From: Nostoc sp. DedSLP01
GTDB taxonomy: Bacteria; Cyanobacteriota; Cyanobacteriia; Cyanobacteriales; Nostocaceae
Length of the DNA: 64,000 nucleotides
Assembly (NCBI GenBank): GCA_034530875.2
Contig: JAVRCJ020000002.1
Span: forward strand, 256,001-320,000
Direction: 5' to 3'
Notes under the pieces: model-generated
Told to the model about the DNA's origin: nothing
The model's database searches: none
The model's input: only the letters and a program-made list of their open reading frames with translations
Shown here: positions 61,599 to 64,000 of the stretch, one piece after another
Position numbering within the stretch: position 1 is the stretch's first letter
Layout of the letters: each line of letters begins with the position of its first letter
Translations under genes and position numbers: made by a program

Positions 61599-63956
61599 AT
61601 GGCACGCCGTTCGTTGAAAGCATCGAGTAGAGGTATTGAGAAAGCAAAAAGGGCTTTTAAAGTCAGAGAATGGACGCAAGATTATCTAGCAAGTGAGGTA
61701 GGGCTTGAAACTCGCCAGTCAATCTGGAAATTTTTTACAGGCAAACCGATTGAGCGTCAGAACTTTATGGAAATCTGCTTTCAACTCGGTTTAGATTGGC
61801 AAGAGATAGCCGAACTACCAGATCGGAAGCTACTCACAGAAAACCCCCAGGAATCAAAAAACTGCCACGATATTGAAAGCTTAGTGCAAATATTGCGATC
61901 GCGTCGCAGCGATAAGATTCAAACTCAGTGTGGTACTACACGCTTGTTAGATATTACTCAACCAATTGAGCTAAAGGAAATCTATGTTAGTACTAATATT
62001 CTCAATAGTATTACCAGCCAAAGATGGTTAGATATCCTCGATCTACAAGAATCCATCTCCGAAGGGGTAGATTCTTTTGGCTTTAATAAAGTCTCTCAGG
62101 AGAGAATTTCTGCAATAGAGGCAGCGATCGCTTGTTCCAAACTAGTGGTATTGGGTAAACCGGGGTCTGGCAAAACCACCTTTTTACAATATATTGCTAT
62201 GGAATGCGATCGAGGTAAATTACTATCAGACCGGATACCAATTTTTATTCGCTTAAAAAAATTTGCTGAGGATGCTACCGCAACAGCTAATTTTAATATA
62301 TCTAACTATATCATTCAAGAGCTTGGCTCTTGCGGTACTTCCGAAGCAGAAATTCAAATATTACTTAGTGAAGGTAAAATATTACTTCTCCTAGATGGCT
62401 TAGATGAAATTATAGAAAATTGTAGCGCTCAATTTTTATCCGAGATTGGCAATTTTACGCAACAAAATAGTAAAAATAAGATAATTATTACCTGTAGACT
62501 TGGTTACAATCGCTATCATCTTGATGAATACAGTTATGTTGAAATTGCTGATTTTGATTCGTTCCAAGTAGAAGCTTTTGTTCGCAATTGGTTTATTAAT
62601 GTTAGTAGGAATTCTCCAGAACAAGGCAAAGCCTTAGCTTGTCAATTTATGCAAAAGTTACAGCTATTAGAGAACCAACAAATTCAAGAACTTGCTGTAA
62701 CGCCGCTTTTGCTCAACCTAGCTTGTTGTGTATTTCACGCTCGGTCGGACTTTCCAGTGAGAAAGGTCGAAGTATATAGGCAAGGATTAGACATTTTGCT
62801 TAATCGCTGGGATAAAGCAAGAGATATTAAACGAAATCAAATCGATAGGTACTTTTCTTTATCACAAAAACTGGAATTACTTAGTCAGATTGCTGCCGTG
62901 ACTTTTGAGCAAGGTAATTACTTTTTTACACAAAGTCACCTTCAACAATACATCACAGATTACCTCTGTAACTTATCCACCGCCCAAACAGATCCCGACG
63001 TATTACAGCTTAATACTGAATTAGTGCTCAAATTGCTGGAGACACATGGATTGCTCATAGAGCAGGCGCGGGGAATTTATTCCTTCTCGCATATCACTTT
63101 TCAAGAGTATTTCACAGCTAAAAATATTGTTAATAGTGCCAGCCCACAAATATTAGAAAAAAAATTAATTGAGCTAGTCAGCCATCTAACTGAACCCCGT
63201 TGGCGCACGGTTTTTTTACTGACAGCCGGGATGTTGGATAATCCCACTTGTCTGTTGCAGTTAATGAAGGAACATGTCGATGGCCTTGTAGGTGGCGATC
63301 GGCAATTGCAAGACCTCCTCAATTGGCTCAACCATAAGTCCCTTTCAATTCAGGCTCCCCACAAACCAGCTGCTATTCGTGCCTTTTACCTGATAGTAGC
63401 TCTTCTAAAAGACCAGAACTTGAATCATGACTTGGCTTTTTCCCTTGGTATTGATATCAGGCAAGGTAGCAATCTAGCCTCTGATTTATCTCTAGATTTA
63501 GCTCTTGAGTCTGCCATTCGGTTAAGCCATGCCCTATCTTACGAACCGACTTTAGATCGAGTCTTGGCTTTGAGTTTTACTCTTCCTAACGATCGAACTC
63601 TTATGTGCGATCCCCAATTACAGAGATCCCTGCAAAAGCTCAAAGCACAATTACCGTCCCCAGTTCAAAGCGTAGAAAAGTTAAAGGAATGGTGGAATAC
63701 TAACGGTCAAACTTGGGCCAATGCATTGAGGTTGGCGATACTGAATTGCCGCAACATTGGTCATCAATGGCAGCTAAGGGAGCAGCAAAAAGAAATACTC
63801 AAGCAGTACTATACTGCTAACCAATTACTAGTAGATTGTCTCAAGAGTGCTTTTAAAATTACAAATTCCGCCGTACTAGAGAATATTTTGGCAACATTAC
63901 TGTTACCAATCTCTAAAACATCAGATCCTAGATTAAGCATTGATTTAGTGATATAA
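61599..63956 (+). CDS. N-terminal HTH + NACHT NTPase (STAND) protein
   Basis: WTQDYLASEVGLETRQSIWKF HTH; Walker A GKPGSGKT; Walker B LLLLDGLDE; TPLLL; FSHITFQEYF. Confidence 0.92.
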   Translation: MARRSLKASSRGIEKAKRAFKVREWTQDYLASEVGLETRQSIWKFFTGKPIERQNFMEICFQLGLDWQEIAELPDRKLLTENPQESKNCHDIESLVQILRSRRSDKIQTQCGTTRLLDITQPIELKEIYVSTNILNSITSQRWLDILDLQESISEGVDSFGFNKVSQERISAIEAAIACSKLVVLGKPGSGKTTFLQYIAMECDRGKLLSDRIPIFIRLKKFAEDATATANFNISNYIIQELGSCGTSEAEIQILLSEGKILLLLDGLDEIIENCSAQFLSEIGNFTQQNSKNKIIITCRLGYNRYHLDEYSYVEIADFDSFQVEAFVRNWFINVSRNSPEQGKALACQFMQKLQLLENQQIQELAVTPLLLNLACCVFHARSDFPVRKVEVYRQGLDILLNRWDKARDIKRNQIDRYFSLSQKLELLSQIAAVTFEQGNYFFTQSHLQQYITDYLCNLSTAQTDPDVLQLNTELVLKLLETHGLLIEQARGIYSFSHITFQEYFTAKNIVNSASPQILEKKLIELVSHLTEPRWRTVFLLTAGMLDNPTCLLQLMKEHVDGLVGGDRQLQDLLNWLNHKSLSIQAPHKPAAIRAFYLIVALLKDQNLNHDLAFSLGIDIRQGSNLASDLSLDLALESAIRLSHALSYEPTLDRVLALSFTLPNDRTLMCDPQLQRSLQKLKAQLPSPVQSVEKLKEWWNTNGQTWANALRLAILNCRNIGHQWQLREQQKEILKQYYTANQLLVDCLKSAFKITNSAVLENILATLLLPISKTSDPRLSIDLVI

Positions 63957-64000
63957 AAATTAAACTACTATAAATACACGTAGTAGCGTGGCAAGACTAA

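Noticed and set aside
1..64000. Numerous 60-180 aa ORFs antisense to or overlapping confident genes; tRNA, rRNA, prophage or intact IS; PatS-like RGSGR peptide near hetP
   Set aside because: Shadow ORFs lack motifs. No cloverleaf, rRNA, integrase, transposase or RGSGR-coding sequence was recognised by eye.

Overview
Mostly core chromosome of a heterocyst-forming cyanobacterium (Nostoc/Anabaena-like). This is supported by abundant HIP1 (GCGATCGC) octamers, heptamer STRR repeats, and hetP, pex, hik2, ntcB-cnaT, CTDH and a probable hmpU/hmpW module. Housekeeping genes (serS, rseP, nth, rpsN, aat, ftsX, def, rpe, queG, ftsE, pheT) are interspersed with accessory material: a UPF0175/DUF3368 TA pair, an FkbM methyltransferase, an orphan C5 DNA methyltransferase, an NDP-sugar (C-methyl branched) cluster without a glycosyltransferase, and an HTH-NACHT gene. 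Intergenic DNA is rich in nested miniature elements. The most notable items are: (1) a 2.27-kb region upstream of hetP with two HetR-type palindromes, an NtcA box and a DIF1 hexamer but no hetC; (2) an S8 protease next to a lipoprotein serpin; (3) a stop-poor 21-bp A/B tandem array between yciI and tab2; (4) an in-frame QueG-HAD fusion; (5) nested small repeats, including a 90-bp in-frame insertion in the DNA methyltransferase. No rRNA, tRNA, CRISPR array or transposase was seen. All family assignments are from motif recognition and recall, not from database searches.
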